DNA from: an uncultured Acidimicrobiales bacterium
Lineage (GTDB): Bacteria; Actinomycetota; Acidimicrobiia; Acidimicrobiales; UBA8190
DNA length: 64,000 nt
NCBI GenBank assembly: GCA_963839605.1
Contig: CAWIWK010000059.1
Coordinates: 1,126 to 65,125, forward strand
Direction of reading: 5' to 3'
Position numbers and translations under genes: made by a program. Below are positions 9,859 through 18,749 of this stretch, piece after piece. The notes beneath the pieces were generated by a model, which was not told the DNA's origin, did not search any database, and saw only the letters and a program-made list of their open reading frames with translations. Every line of letters starts with the position of its first letter. The stretch's first letter is position 1.

Positions 9859-10653
9859 TCAGGGTTGCGGGGGGATCTCCTTGGCGCGTCCCAGGCTTGC
9901 CATGAGCTCGATCCAACCGGGCAGATCACCGTTCTTGTAGTCGACGTGGTCCTTCAACTCGGGGGGCACGAAGAACTCGAAGCCGTCGGTCTCGAGCGCA
10001 TCGGCGATGCCCGCCGCGGACTGCTCGGCGGTCACGAAGTCGGTGGGCAGCCCGGGCAGCTCACCGGGGCGCTGGCCCCAGATCTCCGTCTCGATGGCAC
10101 CCGGTTGCACGAGCTTGATCTCCACGGGCGAGCCGGCCAGGTCCATCGCCGCCGATTCGCTCCACCCCGACACGGCGAACTTGGCCGCGCAGTACGCCGA
10201 CTCGTGGACGATGCCGAACCGTCCTCCGCCGCTCGCCACGTTGACGATGGTGCCCGAGCCGCGCTCGAGCATGAGCGGCAGCAGGGCGAGGTTCATCCTG
10301 ATGGGCGACACGAAGTCGGTGCGCAGGACCTCGTCGACGTCCTGCGCGGTGTGGTCAGTCACGAACTTGCGCTTGCCCATCGCCGCGTTGTTCACCAGGC
10401 AGTCGAGCCCGCCGAAGGCCTCCCACACGTCGTGCACCAGCTGCACGGCGCGGTCGGGGTCCGACAGGTCGACCACCCACAGGCGCGACGCCGGGGCGTA
10501 CGTCTGACACCGGGACAGCGTCTCGGCCAACCGGTCGGCACGGCGTGCCGCGATGGCCAATGTGGCGCCCCGCTCGGCCAACTGGGGCGCCAGAGCGGCT
10601 CCGATGCCCGACGACGCCCCGGTGACGAGGATCGTCGAACCTTTGATCTTCAT
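9859..10653 (-). CDS. SDR-family oxidoreductase
   Basis: MKIKGSTILVTGASSGIGAA (TGxxxGxG), NNAA, and the catalytic YCAAK motif. Paralogous to 19522..20300. Confidence 0.85.
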   Translation of the reverse strand: MKIKGSTILVTGASSGIGAALAPQLAERGATLAIAARRADRLAETLSRCQTYAPASRLWVVDLSDPDRAVQLVHDVWEAFGGLDCLVNNAAMGKRKFVTDHTAQDVDEVLRTDFVSPIRMNLALLPLMLERGSGTIVNVASGGGRFGIVHESAYCAAKFAVSGWSESAAMDLAGSPVEIKLVQPGAIETEIWGQRPGELPGLPTDFVTAEQSAAGIADALETDGFEFFVPPELKDHVDYKNGDLPGWIELMASLGRAKEIPPQP

Positions 10654-10690
10654 GTTCCGGCCCCCCGCACTGGGTGAGAGGCCCGCGTCG

Positions 10691-11260
10691 TCAGCGGCGG
10701 CGCGCCGTGGTCTTCTTGGCCGTGGCGCGGCGCACGGTCTTCTTGGCCGTGGTGCGCTTGGCCGTGGTGCGCTTGGCCGTGGTCTTCTTGGCCGCGGTGC
10801 GCCGGACCGGTGCCTTGCGGGCGGGCGCCTTCTTGGCCACCTTGCGCGCCGTGGTCTTCTTGGCCGTGGTGCGCTTGGCCGGTGCCGCCTTGCGCGGCGC
10901 GGCGACGGCGGCCGTCTTGCCCGCCGCACGAACGGCCTCGTCGCTCGTGGGGAACGAACCACGGCGCAGCTTCGGCGCGATCGACGGCGCCATGACCGCT
11001 TCCTTGAACGCCTTCACGGGCGTGATGCGCGCCTTCTTGGAGGCCTTGATGCGGATGGCCTCGCCGGTGGCGGGGTTGCGGCCCATGCGGGCGGGACGGT
11101 CGACCTTGACGAACTTGGCGAAACCGGTGATGGCCACCGGCTCACCTTGGGCGACCACTGCGGTCACGACGTCGGTGAAGCCCTCGAGGACACTGGACAC
11201 GGTCCGGAGGTCCACATCGGCATGGACGGCAACCGCTTTGGCAAGCTCTCTTTTGTTCAT
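10691..11260 (-). CDS. hupB: HU/histone-like DNA-binding protein with Lys/Ala/Thr-rich basic C-terminal tail (Hlp/MDP1 type)
   Basis: MNKRELAKAVA...GFAKFVKVDRPARMGRNPATGEAIRIKASKKARITP HU fold, then AKKTTAKRTTAKRTTAKKT repeats encoded by 15-bp tandem DNA repeats. Confidence 0.9.
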   Translation of the reverse strand: MNKRELAKAVAVHADVDLRTVSSVLEGFTDVVTAVVAQGEPVAITGFAKFVKVDRPARMGRNPATGEAIRIKASKKARITPVKAFKEAVMAPSIAPKLRRGSFPTSDEAVRAAGKTAAVAAPRKAAPAKRTTAKKTTARKVAKKAPARKAPVRRTAAKKTTAKRTTAKRTTAKKTVRRATAKKTTARRR

Positions 11261-11361
11261 GGACGGTCATTTTGCTCTACGGCCCCTTACCGCGCCAACA
11301 CCCTCCGATTCCCGAGCGCGACGGCGCGTCGTCGCGGCCCGCGCCATGGGACCCGACCGGG

Positions 11362-11419
11362 CCCCACCGGCGGGCCCTGAAGCGCCCACCGGCGGGGCCC
11401 GGAGTGTCCGGCGGGCCCC
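11362..11419. repeat. three direct copies of CC(A)CCGGCGGGCCC at ~22-bp spacing
   Basis: ccccaccggcgggccc / cccaccggcggggccc / tgtccggcgggcccc lie between the ABC exporter stop (11421) and the hupB start (11260). Confidence 0.5.
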
Positions 11420-11420
11420 G

Positions 11421-13214
11421 TCACACCCCGAGGAAGCTCCCCGACTGGTGCTGCCACAGTCGGCTGTAGAGGCCGGCCTGGCCGCCCCGGAGCAACTCCT
11501 CGTGCGTGCCCTGCTCCACCACGCGTCCCCGCTCGAGGACCACGATGCGGTCGAGCCGTGACACCGTGGCGAGGCGGTGTGCCACCACCAGTGCGCTGCA
11601 GTGCTCCATGAGCGACCACAGCGCCTCCTGGACGAGGACTTCCGACTCCGAGTCGAGGGCGGAGGTGGCCTCGTCGAGCACGAGCACAGGCGCTTTCTTG
11701 GCCATGGCCTGGGCGATGGCCACCCGCTGGCGCTGACCCCCGGACAGCTTGAGGCCACGCTCCCCGACCACCGTGTCGTAGCCGTGGGGCAGGCGCTCCA
11801 CGAACTCCTCCACGTGGGCGGCCCTGCCCACCGAGCGCACCACGTCCATGTCGGGCGGACCCTCCATGCCGTAGCAGATGTTCTCGGCCACGCTGCGGTG
11901 CAGCATCTGGGGGTCCTGGGGGACGTAGGCGATGTGGCGCCGCAGCGACTGCTGGGTCACGGTGGCGATGTCCTGGCCGTCGACGAGGATGGCGCCCCCG
12001 TCGACGTCCATGAAGCGCAGGAGCAGCTTGGTGAGGGTGGTCTTGCCCGACCCTGACGGGCCCACCAGGCCCACGTGCTCGCCCGGCGCCACGCACAGGT
12101 CGAGTCCGTCGAACAGCGGCGCGGCCGGCCCGTGGCCGAACACGAGGCCCCTGAATTCCACCCGTCCGGTGCCCACCACCAGGCCCGGGGCCCCCGGCTC
12201 GTCGACGATCTCGGGCCCGGTGTCGGCAACGCCCACGAACTTGGCGCAGCGACCGAGGGCCCGGGACATGGACCGCACGTGCTCGAAGGACTCCTCGAGG
12301 CTGCCCCCCACGAAGGTGGCGTAGAACAGGATCAGGTACACCGATCCCGCCGCCACCACGTGGTGCAGGGCGAGGACCACCCCGACCAGGATGGCCGCCC
12401 AGTTGAGCACGGCCATGGACGACTCCATCTGCAGGCGGGTGGTGGTGAAGGCCCGCCGGGCCCGGAGATCGGCGGTCATGGAGGCGGCGACGAGGTCCCG
12501 CACGTGGCCCTTCTCCTCGTCCTCGGCCGCCTGGGTCCGCACCGCGGTGAGGTTGGCGATGGTGTCGGCGATGACGCCCGTGGCCCGGCTGTGGGTGTCG
12601 GAGAACTCCTTCTCGGCCGCGATGACGATGCCCATGCGGCGCCGCAGCACGGCCCCGAACACGAGCACCAGGGCCGCTATGACCAGGGCCACGGGCCAGG
12701 CGAAGACGGCCAGGACGATCACGGCGCCGAGGACGGTGACGACGATGCGCAGGACCCCCCACGTCATGGTGTCGATGAGCTCGACGAAGGCCCAGCTGAA
12801 GGTCTCGAGCGTCGAGATCACCTCGCCGGCGGGGCGGTCGGTGTGCCAGCGGTGGCTGAGGCCGACCAGGTGGTCGTAGCCGTTGGTGATGGACCGGCAG
12901 AACGAGCGCAGCGCCGCCCCCCAGTTGAGCCACCCGCCCACCCGCCACAGGGCGGTGGAGGCGACCAGGGTGGCGGCGTAGGCGATCACCACCGGTCCGA
13001 AGTCGCGCCACAGCGAGCCGTGGGCGGGAAGGCGCGACAGCCGGGCCAGGAGCACGGCGAAGATGACGGGCCCGGCCACGGCCGTGGACAGCGTCCCGAG
13101 CACGATGGCGGCGGAGCTGATGGCGAAGCTGGCGCGGTCGGGCTGCAGTTGGCGCCAGCAATAGGCCAGCGTGCGGCGGGTGGTTGCAGTGGGGAAGCGT
13201 GTGCTTTCACCCAT
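11421..13214 (-). CDS. ABC exporter, fused permease/ATPase (MsbA/type I exporter-like), intact
   Basis: 597 aa with six N-terminal TM segments. Walker A GPSGSGKTT, signature LSGGQRQRVAIA, Walker B LVLDEATSALD. Confidence 0.9.
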   Translation of the reverse strand: MGESTRFPTATTRRTLAYCWRQLQPDRASFAISSAAIVLGTLSTAVAGPVIFAVLLARLSRLPAHGSLWRDFGPVVIAYAATLVASTALWRVGGWLNWGAALRSFCRSITNGYDHLVGLSHRWHTDRPAGEVISTLETFSWAFVELIDTMTWGVLRIVVTVLGAVIVLAVFAWPVALVIAALVLVFGAVLRRRMGIVIAAEKEFSDTHSRATGVIADTIANLTAVRTQAAEDEEKGHVRDLVAASMTADLRARRAFTTTRLQMESSMAVLNWAAILVGVVLALHHVVAAGSVYLILFYATFVGGSLEESFEHVRSMSRALGRCAKFVGVADTGPEIVDEPGAPGLVVGTGRVEFRGLVFGHGPAAPLFDGLDLCVAPGEHVGLVGPSGSGKTTLTKLLLRFMDVDGGAILVDGQDIATVTQQSLRRHIAYVPQDPQMLHRSVAENICYGMEGPPDMDVVRSVGRAAHVEEFVERLPHGYDTVVGERGLKLSGGQRQRVAIAQAMAKKAPVLVLDEATSALDSESEVLVQEALWSLMEHCSALVVAHRLATVSRLDRIVVLERGRVVEQGTHEELLRGGQAGLYSRLWQHQSGSFLGV

Positions 13215-13448
13215 GGCGTACTCCAGGTGGGAAGGTGCGTAGCGATCGAACGCACCGATCGAGCGGGATGGGGACCCGGGATGGGGACCGTCGGAGAGAA
13301 GACGGATGCAGGGAGATGCGCCCTGGGGAGAGACGGTGGCTGTCGGTGCCGTCGTGGTCGTGCCACGGTCACGCCGAAGCTGCGTCGCCCGGAGAGCGGA
13401 TCCGCCCCGGTCGGCCGGGTCAGCCCGGCCGGTTCGCCTGGAAGCGGC

Positions 13449-13583
13449 TCAGAAGCCGCGCAGGCGGAAGAGCGGCCCGGCCATGCGGGGGCTGCCCATC
13501 GGGCCGCCCGTGACAGGCGGCTCCGTTACCTCGATGGGCGTGAACCCGGCCGGGCAGCCACTGAAATCAGTCGTTGCCGTCAT
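13449..13583 (-). CDS. candidate 44-aa small ORF upstream of the ABC exporter
   Basis: MTATTDFSGCPAGFTPIEVTEPPVTGGPMGSPRMAGPLFRLRGF. SD-like GGAAGGGG sits 7 nt before the ATG. Third-position G+C is high. No family recognised. Confidence 0.3.
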   Translation of the reverse strand: MTATTDFSGCPAGFTPIEVTEPPVTGGPMGSPRMAGPLFRLRGF

Positions 13584-13697
13584 CGAGTCACCCCTTCCGG
13601 TCGTCGTCGTCGACGAACCCGGCCACGATAGCGCGCCCCGCCTCCGAGGGGAGCCCGGGCCCTCCGCCGCCGCGGCGGGCGCGGCGGCGGGCGCCGG

Positions 13698-13770
13698 TGG
13701 TCGGGACCGGCGTCGATCCGGTGACCTCACGCTTTTCAGGCGCGCGCTCTACCAACTGAGCTACCCGACC
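13698..13770 (-). tRNA. tRNA-Phe (GAA)
   Basis: Reverse complement is GGTCGGGTAGCTCAGTTGGTAGAGCGCGCGCCTGAAAAGCGTGAGGTCACCGGATCGACGCCGGTCCCGACCA. Cloverleaf folds by hand and CCA is encoded. The T-loop reads ATCGACG (A at position 54, atypical). Confidence 0.85.
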
Positions 13771-13806
13771 GTGTTTCGGCCGTCGACACCGAGGTGTCTC
13801 CGGCGG

Positions 13807-13881
13807 CGGTCCTGACGGGATTTGAACCCGCGACCTCCGGCTTGACAGGCCGGCGTGCACTCCAGACTGCACCACAGGACC
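13807..13881 (-). tRNA. tRNA-Asp (GTC)
   Basis: Reverse complement is GGTCCTGTGGTGCAGTCTGGAGTGCACGCCGGCCTGTCAAGCCGGAGGTCGCGGGTTCAAATCCCGTCAGGACCG. Anticodon loop is CTGTCAA. Confidence 0.9.
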
Positions 13882-13906
13882 CCGGTCAGCGTGGCCCCAC
13901 CCGCTG

Positions 13907-13979
13907 CACCCCCAACGGGATTCGAACCCGTGTTACCGCCTTGAAAGGGCGGCGTCCTCGGCCACTAGACGATGGGGGC
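13907..13979 (-). tRNA. tRNA-Glu (TTC)
   Basis: Reverse complement is GCCCCCATCGTCTAGTGGCCGAGGACGCCGCCCTTTCAAGGCGGTAACACGGGTTCGAATCCCGTTGGGGGTG. Anticodon loop is CTTTCAA. Confidence 0.9.
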
Positions 13980-13987
13980 TCGACCGA

Positions 13988-15367
13988 TCAGGGCTTTGGC
14001 AGGTTAGCAGTCCCCCCGGACGGCCCCACGGGCCCGCCCGCGCCGCCCCCGGCTTCGTCGGACAGGACCCACACCACGCCCTCGGCCGTGTCGCGCACCT
14101 CCACCCCCAGGGCGCTCAACCGGTCGCGCACCGCGTCGGCCTCGGCGAAGCGGTGCGCGGCCCGGGCGTCGTCCCTGAGGGCGAGGGCGAGCTCGACGAA
14201 GGGCGCCACCACCTCGCTCGGGTCGCGGGTGCCGTGCTCGGCCACCTCGCCCAGCTCCATCACCATGGCCCGGAGGCTGGCCCGGCCGCGGTCGAGGGCG
14301 TCGGACTGCAGCGTGTCGGCACTCCACGCCCACAGCTCGTCGTCCAGGCCCAGCACGGCGGCCACCATGGCGGGGGCGTCGGCCGCCGCCATGGCGGTGC
14401 GGAACTCCTCCTCGTGGAGGCGCACGGCGTCGAGCAGCGGTGGACCGCCCGCCTGGGGAACGACGAAGGCACCGCCCGTGGCCGCACCTGCGTCCGGCGC
14501 CACGCCCACGGCGTCTTTGCCCGTGCCCGTGCCCATGCCCGTGCCGCCCCCCGACCCACCCGCCGCCAGCTCGGAGGCCAGCTCAACCACGTGCTCGAGG
14601 TGGAAGGCCGGGCCCGGCTCGAGGCGGGCCGAGCGGCCCCGCACCCGCACCGTGACGCCACCGCGCCCGGTGACGAGCGCCGTGCCGGCATCCAGGTCGA
14701 TGCACAGCGCCGTGTGCTCGTCCACCCCGACCACGAACGTCCCCGGTGCGAGCTCGGCTTCCAGGGTGGCCAGGCGGTCCTCGCCCAGGTAGCAGAAGCG
14801 CGTGTCGTGGGTGCCGCCTTCGGCGTTGTCGTAGTGGGGGATGAGCACCACGGGAAGCCCGAGCGCCGACAGCAGGTCGAGCCCGGGCAGCCAGTGGGGG
14901 TCCTCGCCCACCTTGTAGATCTCGTACACGGGGACGGTGGCCACCCCGAGCGTGAGGGCGGCGGCGGAGGCGAAGGTGACGGCCCCTCCGTGGGCCAGCT
15001 TCTCGCCCAGGACCCCGGGCACGAGCGTCTTCTCCCACTGGCGCAGGGCGTAGCTGGGGCTGCCGGGTCCGGCGAAGACGAGAGGGGCGGCCACCATGCG
15101 GGCCACGAGGGCGTCGCCGCCCGGCCCCTCGAGGTCGGCGGCGCGCCGCATGCCGGCGGTGTCGAGGGTGGCCCCCACGCTGTCGCGGAAGTAGGTGACG
15201 GCCCGGGCCGCGATCTCCGCCGCGTTGGTCTGGAAGCCGAAGGGCGTGTCGAGCAGCAGCCCCCGCACGGGGCCGGGACCGAGCCGCTCCACCACGCTCC
15301 TGTGCACCTTGGCCATGGTGGGGGCGGTCTCCCCCGACCCCATGATGGTGAGCAGGCGTGGTGTCAC
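13988..15367 (-). CDS. conserved hypothetical protein: amidotransferase/peptidase-S51-like N-domain plus CysRS-like C-terminal helical tail
   Basis: 459 aa, intact. C-terminus AHRFAEADAVRDRLSALGVEVRDTAEGVVW resembles the cysteinyl-tRNA synthetase C-terminal motif. GTGA overlap with the DUF2017 gene. Confidence 0.5.
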   Translation of the reverse strand: MTPRLLTIMGSGETAPTMAKVHRSVVERLGPGPVRGLLLDTPFGFQTNAAEIAARAVTYFRDSVGATLDTAGMRRAADLEGPGGDALVARMVAAPLVFAGPGSPSYALRQWEKTLVPGVLGEKLAHGGAVTFASAAALTLGVATVPVYEIYKVGEDPHWLPGLDLLSALGLPVVLIPHYDNAEGGTHDTRFCYLGEDRLATLEAELAPGTFVVGVDEHTALCIDLDAGTALVTGRGGVTVRVRGRSARLEPGPAFHLEHVVELASELAAGGSGGGTGMGTGTGKDAVGVAPDAGAATGGAFVVPQAGGPPLLDAVRLHEEEFRTAMAAADAPAMVAAVLGLDDELWAWSADTLQSDALDRGRASLRAMVMELGEVAEHGTRDPSEVVAPFVELALALRDDARAAHRFAEADAVRDRLSALGVEVRDTAEGVVWVLSDEAGGGAGGPVGPSGGTANLPKP

Positions 15368-15825
15368 AGCGCCTCCGACAGGGAGCCCACGATCTCGTCC
15401 TGCAGCATGCTCAGGTACTGGTACACGGTGAACTGATCGGCGGCGGGGTCGCCCGGCTCCACGCCGGCGAAGTCCTCGGTCACGTCGAGGGCGGTGCCCA
15501 CGAGCAGGCGCAGCACCTCCAGGGCGCCCAGCCAGGCCTGCAGGTCGCTCTCGTCCAGCGTGGGGGCGTCCACCGTGGCCACCAGGGTGTCGAGCACCAG
15601 GCGGTGGTGCTCGAGGAGCTGCGCCCCCATCATCTCCCGGTAGTCGTGCTGGGCCGTGTCGTCGTCGGTGTAGGCCACCGGGAAGAGCCGGCGCGCCGCG
15701 GGCTCGTCCTCGGCCACGAGCTCACGCACCTCGCCCGGGAGCATGCGCAGCAGGTCGCGCTCGGGGGCCTCGAGCCCGGGGCGGAAGCGACCGTGGCGGT
15801 CGCGGGCGAAGCGCCGGCGCCCCAT
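15364..15825 (-). CDS. DUF2017-like protein (ClpS-associated)
   Basis: Internal start [14 protein letters not shown]...DLLRMLPGEVRELV...LEVLRLLVG. Sits directly after clpS with a TAATG overlap, the usual actinobacterial arrangement. Confidence 0.6.
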   Translation of the reverse strand: MGRRRFARDRHGRFRPGLEAPERDLLRMLPGEVRELVAEDEPAARRLFPVAYTDDDTAQHDYREMMGAQLLEHHRLVLDTLVATVDAPTLDESDLQAWLGALEVLRLLVGTALDVTEDFAGVEPGDPAADQFTVYQYLSMLQDEIVGSLSEAL

Positions 15826-16130
15826 TACGACGACTGTTCCATGGTGGCCCACAGCCCGTGCTCGTGGAGTCGGAAGACGTCGAGCTCGGCACGCTCGCGT
15901 GGCCCCGAGGTGACCACCGCCCGTCCCTTGTGGTGGACGTCGAGCATGAGCTTGGTGGCCTTGTCCCTGCTGTAGCCGAACAGCTTCTGGAACACGTAGG
16001 TGACGTAGGACATCAGGTTGATGGGGTCGTTCCACACGATGACCAGCCACGGACGGTCGGCACGGGGCTCCTCGCCTCCCTCGGGGCGGTCGACCTCGAC
16101 CGGCTGGACCTCGGTCAGGGGCCCCGTCAT
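15825..16130 (-). CDS. clpS: ATP-dependent Clp protease adaptor ClpS
   Basis: [47 protein letters not shown] is the last 102 aa of the 647-aa track ORF 15825..17768. Confidence 0.9.
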   Translation of the reverse strand: MTGPLTEVQPVEVDRPEGGEEPRADRPWLVIVWNDPINLMSYVTYVFQKLFGYSRDKATKLMLDVHHKGRAVVTSGPRERAELDVFRLHEHGLWATMEQSS

Positions 16131-17110
16131 GGGCGGGCCGGCGACACCGTGACCGGGGTGGGCGTGGCCGCGCCCCGCGGCGGTGCGCCGCCGGCGACGG
16201 GGGCGGTCTCCGGACCGTGCCTGGTCAGCCCGTCGTAGAACCACAGCATCGCCGTCCACACCACCGCGGCCCCGAGGACGTGCACCCCGACGAGGAGGGC
16301 GGGGAGGTGGCTGAAGTACTGCGTGTAGCCGATGACGCCCTGGACGGCCATGGCGGCCACGAGCAGCCGGGTGCGCATGAGCACCTGCTCGGGAGCGCCG
16401 TTGCGGGCCAGGAGCACGAGCAGCCCGAGCGTCAGGCCCACCAGGACGAGCACGATCCCGGAGTGCACACGGGCCATGTCGGCCAGCGGGACGGGCACGC
16501 GCTTGGCTCCCACCCCCCCGGCGTGGGGGCCGGCACCGGTGGTGGCCGTGCCTGCCGCCACGGCCAGGGCGAGCAGGCCCAGCATGACCCGGCTCACCAG
16601 CATCTCCTGGCGACCGACCAACCGCCGGGTCGACGCCGCGCCGCCGGCGCGGCCCGTGTCGGGGGCGCGGCCAGCCCGGAGGGCGAGCACCACGGCGTCG
16701 CTCAGGATGGCGATGCCGAGCAGGAAGTGGCACATGACCACGTAGGCGTTGAGCTTGGTGTACACGACCACGGCCCCGACCACGGCCTCGGCCACCACCC
16801 CGCCCACCAGGCCCGCCGACAGCCACACCAGGTCGCGACGCCGGGGGGTGCGGCGCAGGGCGGCGAGGAGGGTGAGGACGGCGAAGACGCACAGCACCAC
16901 CACCACCATGCGGTTGCCGAACTCCACCACGGGGTGCAGCGACAGCGCCGGGGTCAAATGCTCCCGGGAGCACGTGGGCCAGTCCGGACAGCCGAGCCCC
17001 GAGTCCGACAGGCGGACGGCCGCCCCCGAGACGATGTTGAGCGCCACCAGCACCAGCGCCACCTGGGTGATGCGGAGCAATCGCGAGGGGCTGACGTCGG
17101 GCAGGTGCAC
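16127..17110 (-). CDS. ctaA: heme A synthase (COX15/CtaA)
   Basis: 327 aa, polytopic. Contains [10 protein letters not shown] plus conserved His in TM helices (MCHFLLG, GVHVLGA). ATGA overlap with clpS. Confidence 0.85.
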   Translation of the reverse strand: MHLPDVSPSRLLRITQVALVLVALNIVSGAAVRLSDSGLGCPDWPTCSREHLTPALSLHPVVEFGNRMVVVVLCVFAVLTLLAALRRTPRRRDLVWLSAGLVGGVVAEAVVGAVVVYTKLNAYVVMCHFLLGIAILSDAVVLALRAGRAPDTGRAGGAASTRRLVGRQEMLVSRVMLGLLALAVAAGTATTGAGPHAGGVGAKRVPVPLADMARVHSGIVLVLVGLTLGLLVLLARNGAPEQVLMRTRLLVAAMAVQGVIGYTQYFSHLPALLVGVHVLGAAVVWTAMLWFYDGLTRHGPETAPVAGGAPPRGAATPTPVTVSPARP

Positions 17111-17207
17111 CGGGGGACCATCGTACCGGCGCCCCGTTCGGGCCTCCCCGGGCGCCCTCCGGCCCTGACATTGTCCCGTCCGAGGAGGCCGCCGTAGGCT
17201 CGCCCCG

Positions 17208-18120
17208 ATGTCCTCTCTTTCTGCCGCGGTCCCCCGCGGGCTCCGGTTGGGTGGCGGCAGGCTGCGCAGCTACGTGGCGCTCACCAAGCCCCGCATCATC
17301 GAGCTCCTGCTCGTGACCACCCTCCCCACCATGCTGGTGGCCCGCCGGGGGGTGCCCTCGGTGCTGCTCATGCTGGCCACCCTGGCCGGGGGGGCGCTCG
17401 CCGCCGGCGGGGCCAACGCCTTCAACATGGTCCTCGACCGCGACATCGACCAGGTCATGCACCGCACCCGGAACCGTCCCCTCGTCACCGGCGAGGTGAC
17501 CCCCGTCGCCGCCACCGTGTTCGCCGTGGCCCTCGAGGCGGCCGCCTTCGCCGAGCTGTGGGGGGCCGTCAACCTCCTGTGCGCCGTGCTGGCCGTGTCG
17601 GCCACCGCCTTCTACGTGGTCGTCTACACGATCCTGCTCAAGCGCCACTCGAGCCAGAACATCGTCATCGGCGGAGCGGCGGGAGCGGTGCCGGTGCTCG
17701 TGGGGTGGGCGGCGGTCACCGACCGGTTGGGCGTGGGCCCCGCTCGTGCTCTTCGCCGTGATCGTCATCTGGACACCGCCGCACTTCTGGGCCCTCGCCG
17801 TTCGCTACCGCGACGACTACGCCAAGGCGAAGGTCCCCATGCTGCCCGTCGTGGCCACCTTCCGGCGCACGGCGCGCCAGATCCTGCTGTACACGGTGCT
17901 GCTCGTGGCCCTCACCGTCCTCTTCGCCCCCGTGGGCCACATGGGTGCGCTCTACCTCGTGAGCGCGCTGGTGCTCGGCGCGGGGTTCGTGGTCTTCGCC
18001 CTCCGCCTGCTGCGCCAGGAGTCGACCGGTGCCGCCATGGCGCTGTTCCGCTACTCGATCACCTACCTGACCCTCCTCTTCGCCGCCATGGCCGGTGACG
18101 TGCTGGTGCGGTTCCATTGA
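17208..18120 (+). CDS. ctaB: protoheme IX farnesyltransferase (heme O synthase); 1 frame disruption ~17735-17750
   Basis: [40 protein letters not shown], then [27 protein letters not shown] in ORF 17746..18120. Confidence 0.9.
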
Positions 18121-18701
18121 CCGACGTGGCCACCCCGGCCGCCGACGTCGGCGCGCCGGGACCAGCGATCTCGACGCGGCGCCGGCGCGGGGTGGTGTGG
18201 GGGGCCGGGGCGGTGGTGGTGATCGGCCTGGTGGTGGCGCTTCTCGTCACGAGCGGCACCCCGCTTCGCCGAGCCCCGTCCTTCTCCCTGCCGCGCCTCG
18301 GGGGTGGTCCGGCCGTGGGGCTGCCGCTCGGCGGGAAGACGAGCCACCTCCCCGTGGTGCTCACGTTCTTCGCCTCGTGGTGCGGGCCCTGTCACCGCGA
18401 CCTGCCCGTCATCGCCGCCGCCGCCCGCCGCGAGGAGGCCGCCGGAGGCAAGGTGCAATTCCTCGGCGTGGACGGCAACGACGGTGCCGCCGCCGGGCTC
18501 GCCTTCGCCCGCCAGAGCGGCATCGCCTTCCCCGTGGCAACAGACATGGCGAGCGCCGTCGCCCCCCGCTTCGCCCTCGACGGCTACCCCGACACCGTGT
18601 TCATCGACGCGTCGGGCAACGTGGTGGGGACGGTGCGGGGCCCGGTGAGCAGCGCCACCCTCGACAGCTGGCTGGCACGCCTCGCGCCGTCGCGCACCTG
18701 A
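18117..18701 (+). CDS. TlpA/ResA-family thiol-disulfide oxidoreductase (membrane anchored)
   Basis: TM anchor, VVLTFFASWCGPCHRDLP (WCGPC), DGYPDTVFID. Confidence 0.85.
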   Translation: MTDVATPAADVGAPGPAISTRRRRGVVWGAGAVVVIGLVVALLVTSGTPLRRAPSFSLPRLGGGPAVGLPLGGKTSHLPVVLTFFASWCGPCHRDLPVIAAAARREEAAGGKVQFLGVDGNDGAAAGLAFARQSGIAFPVATDMASAVAPRFALDGYPDTVFIDASGNVVGTVRGPVSSATLDSWLARLAPSRT

Positions 18702-18749
18702 TCGAAACCGGTCCTCGCACCCGACGCGGATCCGGGCGCGGCCCCCGGC

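Noticed and set aside
13584-13697. Additional tRNA or small RNA between tRNA-Phe and the small ORF
   Set aside because: I could not fold a cloverleaf and saw no conserved ncRNA core. The sequence is simple GC-rich spacer (gcggcggcggg tracts).
15825-17768. 647-aa track ORF that ends with ClpS
   Set aside because: Only the last 102 codons are ClpS. The rest is an out-of-frame or antisense read-through of ctaA and ctaB, which have their own clear frames.
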